A DNA stretch of 43,407 bases from Gemmatimonadota bacterium (GTDB lineage Bacteria > Gemmatimonadota > Gemmatimonadetes > Gemmatimonadales > GWC2-71-9), in contig JBGPEJ010000001.1 of assembly GCA_041482775.1 (NCBI GenBank), forward strand, positions 1 to 43,407, in the 5' to 3' direction. The notes beneath the pieces are model-generated. The model ran no database searches. It had not been told where the DNA came from and saw nothing but the letters and a program-made list of their open reading frames with translations. Positions 42,246 to 43,407 of this stretch are shown here, piece by piece (position 1 is the stretch's first letter; the number at the start of each line of letters is the position of its first letter). The translations under genes and the position numbers were made by a program.

Positions 42246-42318
42246 CGTGATCCTCCGCCTTCCGGGTGCCTCCAGGGACCCGGAAGGCTTTTCGTTGGTA
42301 CCACGAACGAGGATCACG
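42246..42318 (+). promoter_or_regulatory. SD-sequestering outer helix enclosing the terminator hairpin
   Basis: CGTGATCCTC (42246-42255) is the exact complement of GAGGATCACG (42309-42318). The latter contains the GAGGA Shine-Dalgarno sequence 8 nt before ATG 42322. Confidence 0.4.
42257..42296 (+). terminator. Intrinsic terminator within the leader of the ABC exporter gene
   Basis: GCCTTCCGGG (42257-42266) pairs with CCCGGAAGGC (42279-42288) across a 12-nt loop, followed by TTTTCGTT (42289-42296). The T-run is on the plus strand only. Confidence 0.55.
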
Positions 42319-42321
42319 GCA

Positions 42322-43407
42322 ATGGGAATCACGGAACCAACCCTCGACCAGGCCATCGTAACCCGCTACGCGGGGCAGCCGGCCCGGTTGCCGGCGGAGC
42401 TCCGCCGGCAGATCGAGGCCGAGTGGCACGGTGCGCCGGTCGTGCTCTATGCCTTCTCCGACCTGGGCCCGAGCCTGGAGCTCGCGGCATCCTGGCTGGC
42501 CATCGGCCACGCCCGGGTGGCCGTGGCGCGGGAGCGCGTCGACACCCGGGAGTGGGAGCTCACCTCGTTCCCCCGCGAGCGCCTCACCGCCGTGCGGGAG
42601 AACCCCGGACTCTCGGCGACCACGCTGACCCTGCTCGGCGACCCCGGCGACCCACCGCTCGTGGTGGTGCGCTACAGCCACCGGCAGCGCCAGGCGATGG
42701 AGAACCTGCGCTTCGTGCTCGAGGAAGGAATCGCCGAGCGGACCGTCGCCTCGACCGACCCCGACCACGAGTACGCTGAGGCGGTGGCCCGCCCGGTCCG
42801 GGACGCGCAGGCGCTGGTGGCCGGACGGCCCACCGCGGTCATCTGGCGGCTGCTCGCCTACTTGAGGCCCTACCGCCGGGAGCTGACCCTCGGCATGGGC
42901 GCAGCCACGCTGATCACCCTGGTGAGCCTGATCCCGCCCTGGCTCGCGGGTTATGTGCTGGACCGGCTGGTGACGCCGGCCCGCTCCGGCTCGCTGCCGC
43001 TGGGCCGGGCCTCGCTGCTGGCCTGGCTCGCGGTCTCGACCATGGCCGTGGTGTACCTCCTCCGCCAGGCGGCGGCGGTGGTGCGCCTCCGGCTCATGGC
43101 CATCATGGGCGAGTGGGTGGCGCGGGACCTGAGGACCGAGCTCTACGAGCACTTGCAGAGCCTTTCGCTCTCGTTCTTCGCGCGGAAGAAGACCGGCGGG
43201 CTCATCACCCGCGTGTCCGCCGATACCGACCGGCTGTGGGAGTTCCTGGCCTTCGGCGTGGTGGACGTCTCGCTCTCGCTGGTGATGCTGATCGGGCTCG
43301 GCATCGTGCTGGTGAGCCTCGATTGGCGGCTGGGACTCGCGATGGTACTTCCGGTGCCCCTGTTCTGCTGGCTCATCTTCCGGCACGGGGAATCGATCAA
43401 CCGGCTC
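42322..43407 (+). CDS. ABC exporter (fused TMD-NBD type), N-terminal ~165-aa cytoplasmic extension plus start of the TMD; 3' end outside the window
   Basis: This ORF is absent from the track because it has no stop in the window. My own translation from ATG 42322 is open to 43407: MGITEPTLDQAIV...RLLAYLRPYRRELTLGMGAATLITLVSLIPPWLAGYVLD...LYEHLQSLSLSFFARKKTGGLITRVSADTDRLWEF...LVSLDWRLGLAMV. These are classic type-I ABC exporter TMD motifs. Confidence 0.85.
   Translation, partial: MGITEPTLDQAIVTRYAGQPARLPAELRRQIEAEWHGAPVVLYAFSDLGPSLELAASWLAIGHARVAVARERVDTREWELTSFPRERLTAVRENPGLSATTLTLLGDPGDPPLVVVRYSHRQRQAMENLRFVLEEGIAERTVASTDPDHEYAEAVARPVRDAQALVAGRPTAVIWRLLAYLRPYRRELTLGMGAATLITLVSLIPPWLAGYVLDRLVTPARSGSLPLGRASLLAWLAVSTMAVVYLLRQAAAVVRLRLMAIMGEWVARDLRTELYEHLQSLSLSFFARKKTGGLITRVSADTDRLWEFLAFGVVDVSLSLVMLIGLGIVLVSLDWRLGLAMVLPVPLFCWLIFRHGESINRL

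Noticed and set aside
41970-42356. 128-aa minus-strand ORF across the exporter leader
   Set aside because: It overlaps the exporter start codon and the terminator hairpin, is rich in Arg/Gly/Cys and has no SD. It is more likely an open frame in structured non-coding DNA.
38617-43407. Lasso-peptide or graspetide RiPP cluster (Asn-synthase homologue + ATP-grasp + ABC exporter + small ORFs)
   Set aside because: The Asn-synthase homologue keeps an intact Cys2 glutaminase domain, like true AsnB-type amidotransferases. No transglutaminase-like protease or PqqD/RRE gene is present. The ATP-grasp looks like the ATPgrasp_ST type rather than the microviridin type. Neither small ORF has a lasso core (N-terminal Gly/Ala/Ser/Cys with Asp/Glu at position 7-9) or Thr/Ser/Lys/Asp/Glu-rich graspetide repeats.

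Overview
This is a very GC-rich bacterial chromosomal segment with strong third-position GC bias. About 37 protein genes are densely packed on both strands. I recognised no rRNA, tRNA, CRISPR array, transposase or integrase. Most long ORFs in the six-frame track are antisense or out-of-frame shadows of the real genes, as expected at this GC content.

Gene content, left to right:
- 3' end of a Ser/Thr kinase.
- Three ADOP/MacB-like orphan permeases, two of them with PadR partners.
- A divergent AI-2E transporter / ArsR / tandem-SRPBCC unit.
- A GH30-like lipoprotein.
- A minus-strand operon: small protein, membrane histidine kinase (apparently frame-broken), NarL-type regulator, secreted four-repeat protein.
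- GNAT and DinB genes.
- A periplasmic redox block: two NHL propellers, HupE-like protein, cytochrome c, PQQ dehydrogenase, Tat-exported HisC-like aminotransferase, and IorAB-type molybdenum/2Fe-2S oxidoreductase.
- mmsA and a class-III aminotransferase.
- A beta-lactamase-fold protein lacking its catalytic motifs.
- A final neighbourhood: penicillin/AHL-acylase, ATPgrasp_ST-like ligase, AsnB-type amidotransferase, 60-aa membrane peptide, and an ABC exporter that runs off the 3' edge.

The repertoire suggests an Acidobacteriota- or Gemmatimonadota-like soil bacterium; this is inference only.

The most unusual signals are at the nucleotide level:
- (i) A 20-bp AT-rich element occurs three times in alternating orientation at 11981-12047, upstream of the two-component/secreted-protein operon.
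- (ii) A palindromic block of in-frame 9-bp repeats encodes the signal peptide of the PQQ dehydrogenase (16737-16812).
- (iii) The ABC exporter has a structured leader with an intrinsic terminator nested inside an SD-sequestering helix (42246-42318).
- (iv) AT-rich -10 hexamers recur 6-7 nt before ATG codons (leaderless-type promoters), several embedded in palindromic operators.
- (v) Phased A-tracts lie at about 24010-24080.

I cannot name a complete known system such as a defence system, RiPP cluster or mobile element. The two best candidates for something undescribed are the operator-array/two-component/secreted-repeat-protein module and the acylase/ATP-grasp/AsnB/small-peptide/riboregulated-exporter neighbourhood.
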